Source: Tubulanus polymorphus (lineage: Eukaryota > Animalia > Nemertea). Taken from it: 64,000 nt of DNA. The position numbers and the translations under genes are program-made. Of the stretch, positions 1-15,000 are shown piece after piece. The notes under the pieces were generated by a model, which was not told the DNA's origin, searched no databases, and saw only the letters and a program-made list of their open reading frames with translations. Every line of letters begins with the position of its first letter. Within the stretch, counting starts at the first letter, position 1. The stretch spans positions 13,523,653 to 13,587,652 of the forward strand of contig NC_134028.1 in the NCBI RefSeq assembly GCF_964204645.1, in the 5' to 3' direction.

Positions 1-3000
1 TATTTGATACGAAAACGTCTTTTCTCGCGCTGATCGACGTTTTCGGGCCGAAAAGTGCTTTTCCTGACGATTTGAGCGCTTTTACGCATCGACATTGTCG
101 TTTTTCCGATAGGGGGAATATTTGATACGAAAACGTCTTTTCTCGCGCTGTACGACGTTTTCGCGTCGAAAAGTGCTTTTCCTGACGATTTGAGCGCTTT
201 TACGCAACGACATTGTCGTTTTTCCGATAGGGGGAATATTTGATACGAAAACGTCTTTTCTCGCGCTGAACGACGTTTTCGGTCCGAAAAGTGCTTTTCC
301 TGACGATTTGAGCGCTTTTACGCATCGACATTGTCGTTTTCCCGATAGGGGGAATATTTGATACGAAAACGTCTTTTCTCGCGCTGAACGACGTTTTCGC
401 GTCGAAAAGTGCTTTTCCTGACGATTTGAGCGCTTTTACGCATCGACATTGTCGTTTTTCCGATAGGGGGAATATTTGATACGAAAACGTCTTTTCTCGC
501 GCTGAACGACGTTTTCGCGTCGAAAAGTGCTTTTCCTGACGATTTGAGCGCTTTTACGCATCGACATTGTCGTTTTTCCGATAGGGGGAATATTTGATAC
601 GAAAACTTCTTTTCTCGCGCTGAACGACGTTATCGGTCCGAAAAGTGCTTTTTCCTGACGATTTGAGCGATTTTACGCATCGACATTGTCGTTTTTCCGA
701 TAGGGGGAATATTTGATACGAAAACGTCTTTTCTCGCGCTGAACGACGTTTTCGCGTCGAAAAGTGCTTTTCCTGACGATTTGAGCGCTTTTACGCTTTT
801 TCCGATAGGGGGAATATTCGATACGAAAACGTCTTTTCTCGCGCTGAACGACGTTTTCGGTCCGAAAAGTGCTTTTCCTGACGATTTGAGCGCTTTTACG
901 CTTTTTCCGATAGGGGGAATATTTGATACGAAAACGTCTTTTCTCGCGCTGATCGACGTTTTCGCGTCGAAAAGTGCTTTTCCTGACGATTTGAGCGCTT
1001 TTACGCTTTTTCCGATAGGGGGAATATTCGATACGAAAACGTCTTTTCTCGCGCTGAACGACGTTTTCGCGTCGAAAAGTGCTTTTCCTGACGATTTGAG
1101 CGCTTTTACGCATCGACATTGTCGTTTTTCCGATAGGGGGAATATTTGATACGAAAACGTCTTTTCTCGCGCTGAACGACGTTTTCGCGTCGAAAAGTGC
1201 TTTTCCTGACGATTTGAGCGCTTTTACGCATCGACATTGTCGTTTTTCCGATAGGGGGAATATTCGATACGAAAACTTCTTTTCTCGCGCTGAACGACGT
1301 TATCGGTCCGAAAAGTGCTTTTCCTGACGATTTGAGCGATTTTACGCATCGACATTGTCGTTTTTCCGATAGGGGGAATATTTGATACGAAAACGTCTTT
1401 TCTCGCGCTGAACGACGTTTTCCGTCCGAAAAGTGCTTTTCCTGACGATTTGAGCGCTTTTACGCTTTTTCCGATAGGGGGAATATTCGATACGAAAACG
1501 TCTTTTCTCGCGCTGAACGACGTTTTCGGTCCGAAAAGTGCTTTTCCTGACGATTTGAGCGCTTTTACGCTTTTTCCGATAGGGGGAATATTTGATACGA
1601 AAACGTCTTTTCTCGCGCTGATCGACGTTTTCGGGCCGAAAAGTGCTTTTCCTGACGATTTGAGCGCTTTTACGCATCGACATTGTCGTTTTTCCGATAG
1701 GGGAATATTCGATACGAAAACGTCTTTTCTCGCGCTGAACGACGTTTTCGGGCCGAAAAGTGCTTTTCCTGACGATTTGAGCGCTTTTACGCTTTTTCCG
1801 ATAGGGGAATATTCGATACGAAAACGTCTTTTCTCGCGCTGAACGACGTTTTCGCGTCGAAAAGTGCTTTTCCTGACGATTTGAGCGCTTTTACGCTTTT
1901 TCCGATAGGGGGAATATTCGATACGAAAACGTCTTTTCTCGCGCTGAACGACGTTTTCGGTCCGAAAAGTGCTTTTCCTGACGATTTGAGCGCTTTTACG
2001 TTTTTTCCGATAGGGGGAATATTTGATACGAAAACGTCTTTTCTCGCGCTGATCGACGTTTTCGGGCCGAAAAGTGCTTTTCCTGACGATTTGAGCGCTT
2101 TTACGCATCGACATTGTCGTTTTTCCGATAGGGGGAATATTCGATACGAAAACGTCTTTTCTCGCGCTGAACGACGTTTTCGGGCCGAAAAGTGCTTTTC
2201 CTGACGATTTGAGCGCTTTTACGCATCGACATTGTCGTTTTTCCGATAGGGGGAATATTTGATACGAAAACGTCTTTTCTCGCGCTGAACGACGTTTTCG
2301 GTCCGAAAAGTGCTTTTCCTGACGATTTGAGCGCTTTTACGCTTTTTCCGATAGGGGGAATATTTGATACGAAAACGTCTTTTCTCGCGCTGAACGACGT
2401 TTTCGCGTCGAAAAGTGCTTTTCCTGACGATTTGAGCGCTTTTACGCATCGACATTGTCGTTTTTCCGATAGGGGGAATATTCGATACGAAAACTTCTTT
2501 TCTCGCGCTGAACGACGTTATCGGTCCGAAAAGTGCTTTTCCTGACGATTTGAGCGCTTTTACGCATCGACATTGTCGTTTTTCCGATAGGGGGAATATT
2601 TGATACGAAAACGTCTTTTCTCGCGCTGAACGACGTTTTCCGTCCGAAAAGTGCTTTTCCTGACGATTTGAGCGCTTTTACGCTTTTTCCGATAGGGGGA
2701 ATATTCGACACGAAAACGTCTTTTCTCGCGCTGAACGACGTTTTCGGTCCGAAAAGTGCTTTTCCTGACGATTTGAGCGCTTTTAAGCTTTTTCCGATAG
2801 GGGGAATATTTGATACGAAAACGTCTTTTCTCGCGCTGATCGACGTTTTCGGGCCGAAAAGTGCTTTTCCTGACGATTTGAGCGCTTTTACGCATCGACA
2901 TTGTCGTTTTTCCGATAGGGGGAATATTCGATACGAAAACGTCTTTTCTCGCGCTGAACGACGTTTTCGGGCCGAAAAGTGCTTTTCCTGACGATTTGAG

Positions 3001-6000
3001 CGCTTTTACGCATCGACATTGTCGTTTTTCCGATAGGGGGAATATTTGATACGAAAACGTCTTTTCTCGCGCTGAACGACGTTTTCGGTCCGAAAAGTGC
3101 TTTTCCTGACGATTTGAGCGCTTTTACGCTTTTTCCGATAGGGGGAATATTTGATACGAAAACGTCTTTTCTCGCGCTGATCGACGTTTTCGGGCCGAAA
3201 AGTGCTTTTCCTGACGATTTGAGCGCTTTTACGCATCGACATTGTCGTTTTTCCGATAGGGGGAATATTTGATACGAAAACGTCTTTTCTCGCGCTGTAC
3301 GACGTTTTCGCGTCGAAAAGTGCTTTTCCTGACGATTTGAGCGCTTTTACGCAACGACATTGTCGTTTTTCCGATAGGGGGAATATTTGATACGAAAACG
3401 TCTTTTCTCGCGCTGAACGACGTTTTCGGTCCGAAAAGTGCTTTTCCTGACGATTTGAGCGCTTTTACGCATCGACATTGTCGTTTTCCCGATAGGGGGA
3501 ATATTTGATACGAAAACGTCTTTTCTCGCGCTGAACGACGTTTTCGCGTCGAAAAGTGCTTTTCCTGACGATTTGAGCGCTTTTACGCATCGACATTGTC
3601 GTTTTTCCGATAGGGGGAATATTTGATACGAAAACGTCTTTTCTCGCGCTGAACGACGTTTTCGCGTCGAAAAGTGCTTTTCCTGACGATTTGAGCGCTT
3701 TTACGCATCGACATTGTCGTTTTTCCGATAGGGGGAATATTTGATACGAAAACGTCTTTTCTCGCTCTGAACGACGTTTTCGCGTCGAAAAGTGCTTTTC
3801 CTGACGATTTGAGCGCTTTTACGCATCGACAATGTCGTTTTCCGATAGGGGGAATATTTGATACGAAAACGTCTTTTCTCGCGCTGAACGACGTTTTCGG
3901 TCCGAAAAGTGCTTTTCCTGACGATTTGAGCGCTTTTACGCATCGACATTGTCGTTTTTCCGATAGGGGGAATATTTGATACGAAAACGTCTTTTCTCGC
4001 GCTGAACGACGTTTTCGGTCCGAAAAGTGCTTTTCCTGACGATTTGAGCGCTTTTACGCATCGACATTGTCGTTTTTCCGATAGGGGGAATATTCGATAC
4101 GAAAACTTCTTTTCTCGCGCTGAACGACGTTATCGGTCCGAAAAGTGCTTTTCCTGACGATTTGAGCGATTTTACGCATCGACATTGTCGTTTTTCCGAT
4201 AGGGGGAATATTTGATACGAAAACGTCTTTTCTCGCGCTGAACGACGTTTTCCGTCCGAAAAGTGCTTTTCCTGACGATTTGAGCGCTTTTACGCTTTTT
4301 CCGATAGGGGGAATATTCGATACGAAAACGTCTTTTCTCGCGCTGAACGACGTTTTCGGTCCGAAAAGTGCTTTTCCTGACGATTTGAGCGCTTTTACGC
4401 TTTTTCCGATAGGGGGAATATTTGATACGAAAACGTCTTTTCTCGCGCTGATCGACGTTTTCGGGCCGAAAAGTGCTTTTCCTGACGATTTGAGCGCTTT
4501 TACGCATCGACATTGTCGTTTTTCCGATAGGGGAATATTCGATACGAAAACGTCTTTTCTCGCGCTGAACGACGTTTTCGGGCCGAAAAGTGCTTTTCCT
4601 GACGATTTGAGCGCTTTTACGCTTTTTCCGATAGGGGGAATATTCGATACGAAAACGTCTTTTTTCGCGCTGAACGACGTTTTCGCGTCGAAAAGTGCTT
4701 TTCCTGACGATTTGAGCGCTTTTACGCTTTTTCCGATAGGGGGAATATTCGATACGAAAACGTCTTTTCTCGCGCTGAACGACGTTTTCGGTCCGAAAAG
4801 TGCTTTTCCTGACGATTTGAGCGCTTTTACGCTTTTTCCGATAGGGGGAATATTTGATACGAAAACGTCTTTTCTCGCGCTGATCGACGTTTTCGGTCCG
4901 AAAAGTGCTTTTCCTGACGATTTGAGCGCTTTTACGCATCGACATTGTCGTTTTTCCGATAGGGGGAATATTTGATACGAAAACGTCTTTTCTCGCGCTG
5001 AACGACGTTTTCGGGCCGAAAAGTGCTTTTCCTGACGATTTGAGCGCTTTTACGCATCGACATTGTCGTTTTTCCGATAGGGGGAATATTTGATACGAAA
5101 ACGTCTTATCTCGCGCTGAACGACGTTTTCGGTCCGAAAAGTGCTTTTCCTGACGATTTGAGCGCTTTTACGCATCGACATTGTCGTTTTCCCGATAGGG
5201 GGAATATTTGATACGAAAATGTCTTTTCTCGCGCTGAACGACGTTTTCGCGTCGAAAAGTGCTTTTCCTGACGATTTGAGCGCTTTTACGCATCGACATT
5301 GTCGTTTTTCCGATAGGGGGAATATTTGATACGAAAACGTCTTTTCTCTCGCTGAACGACGTTTTCGCGTCGAAAAGTGCTTTTCCTGACGATTTGAGCG
5401 CTTTTACGCATCGACATTGTCGTTTTTCCGATAGGGGGAATATTTGATACGAAAACGTCTTTTCTCGCGCTGAACGACGTTTTCGCGTCGAAAAGTGCTT
5501 TTCCTGACGATTTGAGCGCTTTTACGCATCGACATTGTCGTTTTTCCGATAGGGGGAATATTTGATACGAAAACGTCTTTTCTCGCGCTGAATGACGTTT
5601 TCGGTCCGAAAAGTGCTTTTCCTGACGATTTGAGCGCTTTTACGCATCGACATTGTCGTTTTTCCGATAGGGGGAATATTTGATACGAAAACGTCTTTTC
5701 TCGCGCTGAACGACGTTTTCGGTCCGAAAAGTGCTTTTCCTGACGATTTGAGCGCTTTTACGCATCGACATTGTCGTTTTTCCGATAGGGGGAATATTTG
5801 ATACGAAAACGTCTTTTCTCGCGCTGAACGACGTTTTCCGTCCGAAAAGTGCTTTTCCTGACGATTTGAGCGCTTTTACGCATCGACATTGTCGTTTTTC
5901 CGATAGGGGGAATATTCGATACGAAAACTTCTTTTCTCGCGCTGAACGACGTTATCGGTCCGAAAAGTGCTTTTCCTGACGATTTGAGCGCTTTTACGCA

Positions 6001-9000
6001 TCGACATTGTCGTTTTTCCGATAGGGGGAATATTTGATACGAAAACGACTTTTCTCGCGCTGAACGACGTTTTCCGTCCGAAAAGTGCTTTTCCTGACGA
6101 TTTGAGCGCTTTTACGCTTTTTCCGATAGGGGGAATATTCGATACGAAAACGTCTTTTCTCGCGCTGAACGACGTTTTCGGTCCGAAAAGTGCTTTTCCT
6201 GACGATTTGAGCGCTTTTACGCTTTTTCCGATAGGGGGAATATTTGATACGAAAACGTCTTTTCTCGCGCTGATCGACGTTTTCGGGCCGAAAAGTGCTT
6301 TTCCTGACGATTTGAGCGCTTTTACGCATCGACATTGTCGTTTTTCCGATAGGGGGAATATTTGATACGAAAACGTCTTTTCTCGCGCTGTACGACGTTT
6401 TCGCGTCGAAAAGTGCTTTTCCTGACGATTTGAGCGCTTTTACGCATCGACATTGTCGTTTTTCCGATAGGGGGAATATTTGATACGAAAACGTCTTATC
6501 TCGCGCTGAACGACGTTTTCGGTCCGAAAAGTGCTTTTCCTGACGATTTGAGCGCTTTTACGCATCGACATTGTCGTTTTCCCGATAGGGGGAATATTTG
6601 ATACGAAAACGCCTTTTCTCGCGCTGAACGACGTTTTCGCGTCGAAAAGTGCTTTTCCTGACGATTTGAGCGCTTTTACGCATCGACATTGTCGTTTTTC
6701 CGATAGGGGGAATATTTGATACGAAAACGTCTTTTCTCGCGCTGAACGACGTTTTCGCGTCGAAAAGTGCTTTTCCTGACGATTTGAGCGCTTTTACGCA
6801 TCGACATTGTCGTTTTTCCGATAGGGGGAATATTTGATACGAAAACGTCTTTTCTCGCGCTGAACGACGTTTTCGCGTCGAAAAGTGCTTTTCCTGACGA
6901 TTTGAGCGCTTTTACGCATCGACATTGTCGTTTTTCCGATAGGGGGAATATTTGATACGAAAACGTCTTTTCTCGCGCTGAACGACGTTTTCGCGTCGAA
7001 AAGTGCTTTTCCTGACGATTTGAGCGCTTTTACGCATCGACATTGTCGTTTTTCCGATAGGGGGAATATTCGATACGAAAACTTCTTTTCTCGCGCTGAA
7101 CGACGTTATCGGTCCGAAAAGTGCTTTTCCTGACGATTTGAGCGCTTTTACGCATCGACATTGTCGTTTTTCCGATAGGGGGAATATTCGATACGAAAAC
7201 TTCTTTTCTCGCGCTGAAGGACGTTATCGGTCCGAAAAGTGCTTTTCCTGACGATTTGAGCGATTTTACGCATCGACATTGTCGTTTTTTCCGATAGGGG
7301 GAATATTCGATACGAAAACTTCTTTTCTCGCGCTGAACGACGTTATCGGTCCGAAAAGTGCTTTTCCTGACGATTTGAGCGCTTTTACGCATCGACATTG
7401 TCGTTTTTCCGATAGGGGGAATATTCGATACGAAAACTTCTTTTCTCGCGCTGATGGACGTTATCGGTCCGAAAAGTGCTTTTCCTGACGATTTGAGCGA
7501 TTTTACGCATCGACATTGTCGTTTTTCCGATAGGGGGAATATTTGATACGAAAACGTCTTTTCTCGCGCTGAACGACGTTTTCCGTCCGAAAAGTGCTTT
7601 TCCTGACGATTTGAGCGCTTTTACGCTTTTTCCGATAGGGGGAATATTCGATACGAAAACGTCTTTTCTCGCGCTGAACGACGTTTTCGGTCCGAAAAGT
7701 GCTTTTCCTGACGATTTGAGCGCTTTTACGCTTTTTCCGATAGGGGGAATATTTGATACGAAAACGTCTTTTCTCGCGCTGATCGACGTTTTCGCGTCGA
7801 AAAGTGCTTTTCCTGACGATTTGAGCGCTTTTACGCTTTTTCCGATAGGGGGAATATTCGATACGAAAACGTCTTTTCTCGCGCTGAACGACGTTTTCGC
7901 GTCGAAAAGTGCTTTTCCTGACGATTTGAGCGCTTTTACGCATCGACATTGTCGTTTTTCCGATAGGGGGAATATTTGATACGAAAACGTCTTTTCTCGC
8001 GCTGAACGACGTTTTCGCGTCGAAAAGTGCTTTTCCTGACGATTTGAGCGCTTTTACGCATCGACATTGTCGTTTTTCCGATAGGGGGAATATTCGATAC
8101 GAAAACTTCTTTTCTCGCGCTGAACGACGTTATCGGTCCGAAAAGTGCTTTTCCTGACGATTTGAGCGATTTTACGCATCGACATTGTCGTTTTTCCGAT
8201 AGGGGGAATATTTGATACGAAAACGTCTTTTCTCGCGCTGAACGACGTTTTCCGTCCGAAAAGTGCTTTTCCTGACGATTTGAGCGCTTTTACGCTTTTT
8301 CCGATAGGGGGAATATTCGATACGAAAACGTCTTTTCTCGCGCTGAACGACGTTTTCGGTCCGAAAAGTGCTTTTCCTGACGATTTGAGCGCTTTTACGC
8401 TTTTTCCGATAGGGGGAATATTTGATACGAAAACGTCTTTTCTCGCGCTGATCGACGTTTTCGGGCCGAAAAGTGCTTTTCCTGACGATTTGAGCGCTTT
8501 TACGCATCGACATTGTCGTTTTTCCGATAGGGGAATATTCGATACGAAAACGTCTTTTCTCGCGCTGAACGACGTTTTCGGGCCGAAAAGTGCTTTTCCT
8601 GACGATTTGAGCGCTTTTACGCTTTTTCCGATAGGGGAATATTCGATACGAAAACGTCTTTTCTCGCGCTGAACGACGTTTTCGCGTCGAAAAGTGCTTT
8701 TCCTGACGATTTGAGCGCTTTTACGCTTTTTCCGATAGGGGGAATATTCGATACGAAAACGTCTTTTCTCGCGCTGAACGACGTTTTCGGTCCGAAAAGT
8801 GCTTTTCCTGACGATTTGAGCGCTTTTACGTTTTTTCCGATAGGGGGAATATTTGATACGAAAACGTCTTTTCTCGCGCTGATCGACGTTTTCGGGCCGA
8901 AAAGTGCTTTTCCTGACGATTTGAGCGCTTTTACGCATCGACATTGTCGTTTTTCCGATAGGGGGAATATTCGATACGAAAACGTCTTTTCTCGCGCTGA

Positions 9001-12000
9001 ACGACGTTTTCGGGCCGAAAAGTGCTTTTCCTGACGATTTGAGCGCTTTTACGCATCGACATTGTCGTTTTTCCGATAGGGGGAATATTTGATACGAAAA
9101 CGTCTTTTCTCGCGCTGAACGACGTTTTCGGTCCGAAAAGTGCTTTTCCTGACGATTTGAGCGCTTTTACGCTTTTTCCGATAGGGGGAATATTTGATAC
9201 GAAAACGTCTTTTCTCGCGCTGAACGACGTTTTCGCGTCGAAAAGTGCTTTTCCTGACGATTTGAGCGCTTTTACGCATCGACATTGTCGTTTTTCCGAT
9301 AGGGGGAATATTCGAAACGAAAACTTCTTTTCTCGCGCTGAACGACGTTATCGGTCCGAAAAGTGCTTTCCTGACGATTTGAGCGCTTTTACGCATCGAC
9401 ATTGTCGTTTTTCCGATAGGGGGAATATTTGATACGAAAACGTCTTTTCTCGCGCTGAACGACGTTTTCCGTCCGAAAAGTGCTTTTCCTGACGATTTGA
9501 GCGCTTTTACGCTTTTTCCGATAGGGGGAATATTCGACACGAAAACGTCTTTTCTCGCGCTGAACGACGTTTTCGGTCCGAAAAGTGCTTTTCCTGACGA
9601 TTTGAGCGCTTTTACGCTTTTTCCGATAGGGGGAATATTTGATACGAAAACGTCTTTTCTCGCGCTGATCGACGTTTTCGGGCCGAAAAGTGCTTTTCCT
9701 GACGATTTGAGCGCTTTTACGCATCGACATTGTCGTTTTTCCGATAGGGGGAATATTCGATACGAAAACGTCTTTTCTCGCGCTGAACGACGTTTTCGGG
9801 CCGAAAAGTGCTTTTCCTGACGATTTGAGCGCTTTTACGCATCGACATTGTCGTTTTTCCGATAGGGGGAATATTTGATACGAAAACGTCTTTTCTCGCG
9901 CTGAACGACGTTTTCGGTCCGAAAAGTGCTTTTCCTGACGATTTGAGCGCTTTTACGCTTTTTCCGATAGGGGGAATATTTGATACGAAAACGTCTTTTC
10001 TCGCGCTGATCGACGTTTTCGGGCCGAAAAGTGCTTTTCCTGACGATTTGAGCGCTTTTACGCATCGACATTGTCGTTTTTCCGATAGGGGGAATATTTG
10101 ATACGAAAACGTCTTTTCTCGCGCTGTACGACGTTTTCGCGTCGAAAAGTGCTTTTCCTGACGATTTGAGCGCTTTTACGCAACGACATTGTCGTTTTTC
10201 CGATAGGGGGAATATTTGATACGAAAACGTCTTTTCTCGCGCTGAACGACGTTTTCGGTCCGAAAAGTGCTTTTCCTGACGATTTGAGCGCTTTTACGCA
10301 TCGACATTGTCGTTTTCCCGATAGGGGGAATATTTGATACGAAAACGTCTTTTCTCGCGCTGAACGACGTTTTCGCGTCGAAAAGTGCTTTTCCTGACGA
10401 TTTGAGCGCTTTTACGCATCGACATTGTCGTTTTTCCGATAGGGGGAATATTTGATACGAAAACGTCTTTTCTCGCGCTGAACGACGTTTTCGCGTCGAA
10501 AAGTGCTTTTCCTGACGATTTGAGCGCTTTTACGCATCGACATTGTCGTTTTTCCGATAGGGGGAATATTTGATACGAAAACGTCTTTTCTCGCTCTGAA
10601 CGACGTTTTCGCGTCGAAAAGTGCTTTTCCTGACGATTTGAGCGCTTTTACGCATCGACAATGTCGTTTTCCGATAGGGGGAATATTTGATACGAAAACG
10701 TCTTTTCTCGCGCTGAACGACGTTTTCGGTCCGAAAAGTGCTTTTCCTGACGATTTGAGCGCTTTTACGCATCGACATTGTCGTTTTTCCGATAGGGGGA
10801 ATATTTGATACGAAAACGTCTTTTCTCGCGCTGAACGACGTTTTCGGTCCGAAAAGTGCTTTTCCTGACGATTTGAGCGCTTTTACGCATCGACATTGTC
10901 GTTTTTCCGATAGGGGGAATATTCGATACGAAAACTTCTTTTCTCGCGCTGAACGACGTTATCGGTCCGAAAAGTGCTTTTCCTGACGATTTGAGCGATT
11001 TTACGCATCGACATTGTCGTTTTTCCGATAGGGGGAATATTTGATACGAAAACGTCTTTTCTCGCGCTGAACGACGTTTTCCGTCCGAAAAGTGCTTTTC
11101 CTGACGATTTGAGCGCTTTTACGCTTTTTCCGATAGGGGAATATTCGATACGAAAACGTCTTTTCTCGCGCTGAACGACGTTTTCGGTCCGAAAAGTGCT
11201 TTTCCTGACGATTTGAGCGCTTTTACGCTTTTTCCGATAGGGGGAATATTTGATACGAAAAACGTCTTTTCTCGCGCTGATCGACGTTTTCGGGCCGAAA
11301 AGTGCTTTTCCTGACGATTTGAGCGCTTTTACGCATCGACATTGTCGTTTTTCCGATAGGGGAATATTCGATACGAAAACGTCTTTTCTCGCGCTGAACG
11401 ACGTTTTCGGGCCGAAAAGTGCTTTTCCTGACGATTTGAGCGCTTTTACGCTTTTTCCGATAGGGGGAATATTCGATACGAAAACGTCTTTTTTCGCGCT
11501 GAACGACGTTTTCGCGTCGAAAAGTGCTTTTCCTGACGATTTGAGCGCTTTTACGCTTTTTCCGATAGGGGGAATATTCGATACGAAAACGTCTTTTCTC
11601 GCGCTGAACGACGTTTTCGGTCCGAAAAGTGCTTTTCCTGACGATTTGAGCGCTTTTACGCTTTTTCCGATAGGGGGAATATTTGATACGAAAACGTCTT
11701 TTCTCGCTCTGATCGACGTTTTCGGTCCGAAAAGTGCTTTTCCTGACGATTTGAGCGCTTTTACGCATCGACATTGTCGTTTTTCCGATAGGGGGAATAT
11801 TTGATACGAAAACGTCTTATCTCGCGCTGAACGACGTTTTCGGTCGAAAAGTGCTTTTCCTGACGATTTGAGCGCTTTTACGCATCGACATTGTCGTTTT
11901 CCCGATAGGGGGAATATTTGATACGAAAATGTCTTTTCTCGCGCTGAACGACGTTTTCGCGTCGAAAAGTGCTTTTCCTGACGATTTGAGCGCTTTTACG

Positions 12001-15000
12001 CATCGACATTGTCGTTTTTCCGATAGGGGGAATATTTGATACGAAAACGTCTTTTCTCTCGCTGAACGACGTTTTCGCGTCGAAAAGTGCTTTTCCTGAC
12101 GATTTGAGCGCTTTTACGCATCGACATTGTCGTTTTTCCGATAGGGGGAATATTTGATACGAAAACGTCTTTTCTCGCGCTGAACGACGTTTTCGCGTCG
12201 AAAAGTGCTTTTCCTGACGATTTGAGCGCTTTTACGCATCGACATTGTCGTTTTTCCGATAGGGGGAATATTTGATACGAAAACGTCTTTTCTCTCGCTG
12301 AACGACGTTTTCGCGTCGAAAAGTGCTTTTCCTGACGATTTGAGCGCTTTTACGCATCGACATTGTCGTTTTTCCGATAGGGGGAATATTTGATACGAAA
12401 ACGTCTTTTCTCGCGCTGAACGACGTTTTCGCGTCGAAAAGTGCTTTTCCTGACGATTTGAGCGCTTTTACGCATCGACATTGTCGTTTTTCCGATAGGG
12501 GGAATATTTGATACGAAAACGTCTTTTCTCGCGCTGAATGACGTTTTCGGTCCGAAAAGTGCTTTTCCTGACGATTTGAGCGCTTTTACGCATCGACATT
12601 GTCGTTTTTCCGATAGGGGGAATATTTGATACGAAAACGTCTTTTCTCGCGCTGAACGACGTTTTCGGTCCGAAAAGTGCTTTTCCTGACGATTTGAGCG
12701 CTTTTACGCATCGACATTGTCGTTTTTCCGATAGGGGGAATATTTGATACGAAAACGTCTTTTCTCGCGCTGAACGACGTTTTCGCGTTCGAAAAGTGCT
12801 TTTCCTGACGATTTGAGCGCTTTTACGCATCGACATTGTCGTTTTTCCGATAGGGGGAATATTTGATACGAAAACGTCTTTTCTCTCGCTGAACGACGTT
12901 TTCGCGTCGAAAAGTGCTTTTCCTGACGATTTGAGCGCTTTTACGCATCGACATTGTCGTTTTTCCGATAGGGGGAATATTTGATACGAAAACGTCTTTT
13001 CTCGCGCTGAACGACGTTTTCGCGTCGAAAGTGCTTTTCCTGACGATTTGAGCGCTTTTACGCATCGACATTGTCGTTTTTCCGATAGGGGGAATATTTG
13101 ATACGAAAACGTCTTTTCTCGCGCTGAATGACGTTTTCGGTCCGAAAAGTGCTTTTCCTGACGATTTGAGCGCTTTTACGCATCGACATTGTCGTTTTTC
13201 CGATAGGGGGAATATTTGATACGAAAACGTCTTTTCTCGCGCTGAACGACGTTTTCGTCCGAAAAGTGCTTTTCCTGACGATTTGAGCGCTTTTACGCAT
13301 CGACATTGTCGTTTTTCCGATAGGGGAATATTTGATACGAAAACGTCTTTTCTCGCGCTGAACGACGTTTTCCGTCCGAAAAGTGCTTTTCCTGACGATT
13401 TGAGCGCTTTTACGCATCGACATTGTCGTTTTTCCGATAGGGGGAATATTTGATACGAAAACGTCTTTTCTCGCGCTGAACGACGTTTTCGGTCCGAAAA
13501 GTGCTTTTCCTGACGATTTGAGCGCTTTTACGCATCGACATTGTCGTTTTTCCGATAGGGGAATATTCGATACGAAAACTTCTTTTCTCGCGCTGAACGA
13601 CGTTATCGGTCCGAAAAGTGCTTTTCCTGACGATTTGAGCGCTTTTACGCATCGACATTGTCGTTTTTCCGATAGGGGGAATATTTGATACGAAAACGAC
13701 TTTTCTCGCGCTGAACGACGTTTTCCGTCCGAAAAGTGCTTTTCCTGACGATTTGAGCGCTTTTACGCTTTTTCCGATAGGGGGAATATTCGATACGAAA
13801 ACGTCTTTTCTCGCGCTGAACGACGTTTTTCGGTCCGAAAAGTGCTTTTCCTGACGATTTGAGCGCTTTTACGCTTTTTCCGATAGGGGGAATATTTGAT
13901 ACGAAAACGTCTTTTCTCGCGCTGATCGACGTTTTCGGGCCGAAAAGTGCTTTTCCTGACGATTTGAGCGCTTTTACGCATCGACATTGTCGTTTTTCCG
14001 ATAGGGGGAATATTTGATACGAAAACGTCTTTTCTCGCGCTGTACGACGTTTTCGCGTCGAAAAGTGCTTTCCTGACGATTTGAGCGCTTTTACGCATCG
14101 ACATTGTCGTTTTTCCGATAGGGGGAATATTTGATACGAAAACGTCTTATCTCGCGCTGAACGACGTTTTCGGTCCGAAAAGTGCTTTTCCTGACGATTT
14201 GAGCGCTTTTACGCATCGACATTGTCGTTTTCCCGATAGGGGAATATTTGATACGAAAACGCCTTTTCTCGCGCTGAACGACGTTTTCGCGTCGAAAAGT
14301 GCTTTTCCTGACGATTTGAGCGCTTTTACGCATCGACATTGTCGTTTTCCGATAGGGGGAATATTTGATACGAAAACGTCTTTTCTCGCGCTGAACGACG
14401 TTTCGCGTCGAAAAGTGCTTTCCTGACGATTTGAGCGCTTTTACGCATCGACATTGTCGTTTTTCCGATAGGGGGAATATTTGATACGAAAACGTCTTTT
14501 CTCGCGCTGAACGACGTTTTCGCGTCGAAAAGTGCTTTTCCTGACGATTTGAGCGCTTTTACGCATCGACATTGTCGTTTTTCCGATAGGGGGAATATTT
14601 GATACGAAAACGTCTTTTCTCGCGCTGAACGACGTTTTCGCGTCGAGAAAGTGCTTTTCCTGACGATTTGAGCGCTTTTACGCATCGACATTGTCGTTTT
14701 TCCGATAGGGGGAATATTCGATACGAAAACTTCTTTTTCTCGCGCTGAACGACGTTATCGGTCCGAAAAGTGCTTTTCCTGACGATTTGAGCGCTTTTAC
14801 GCATCGACATTGTCGTTTTTCCGATAGGGGGAATATTCGATACGAAAACTTCTTTTCTCGCGCTGAAGGACGTTATCGGTCCGAAAGGCTTTTCCTGACG
14901 ATTTGAGCGATTTTACGCATCGACATTGTCGTTTTTTCCGATAGGGGGAATATTCGATACGAAAACTTCTTTTCTCGCGCTGAACGACGTTATCGGTCCG

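Noticed and set aside
1-118. CENP-B box in the satellite
   Set aside because: TTCG occurs, but I could not find the full TTCG-N4-A-N2-CGGG pattern on either strand.
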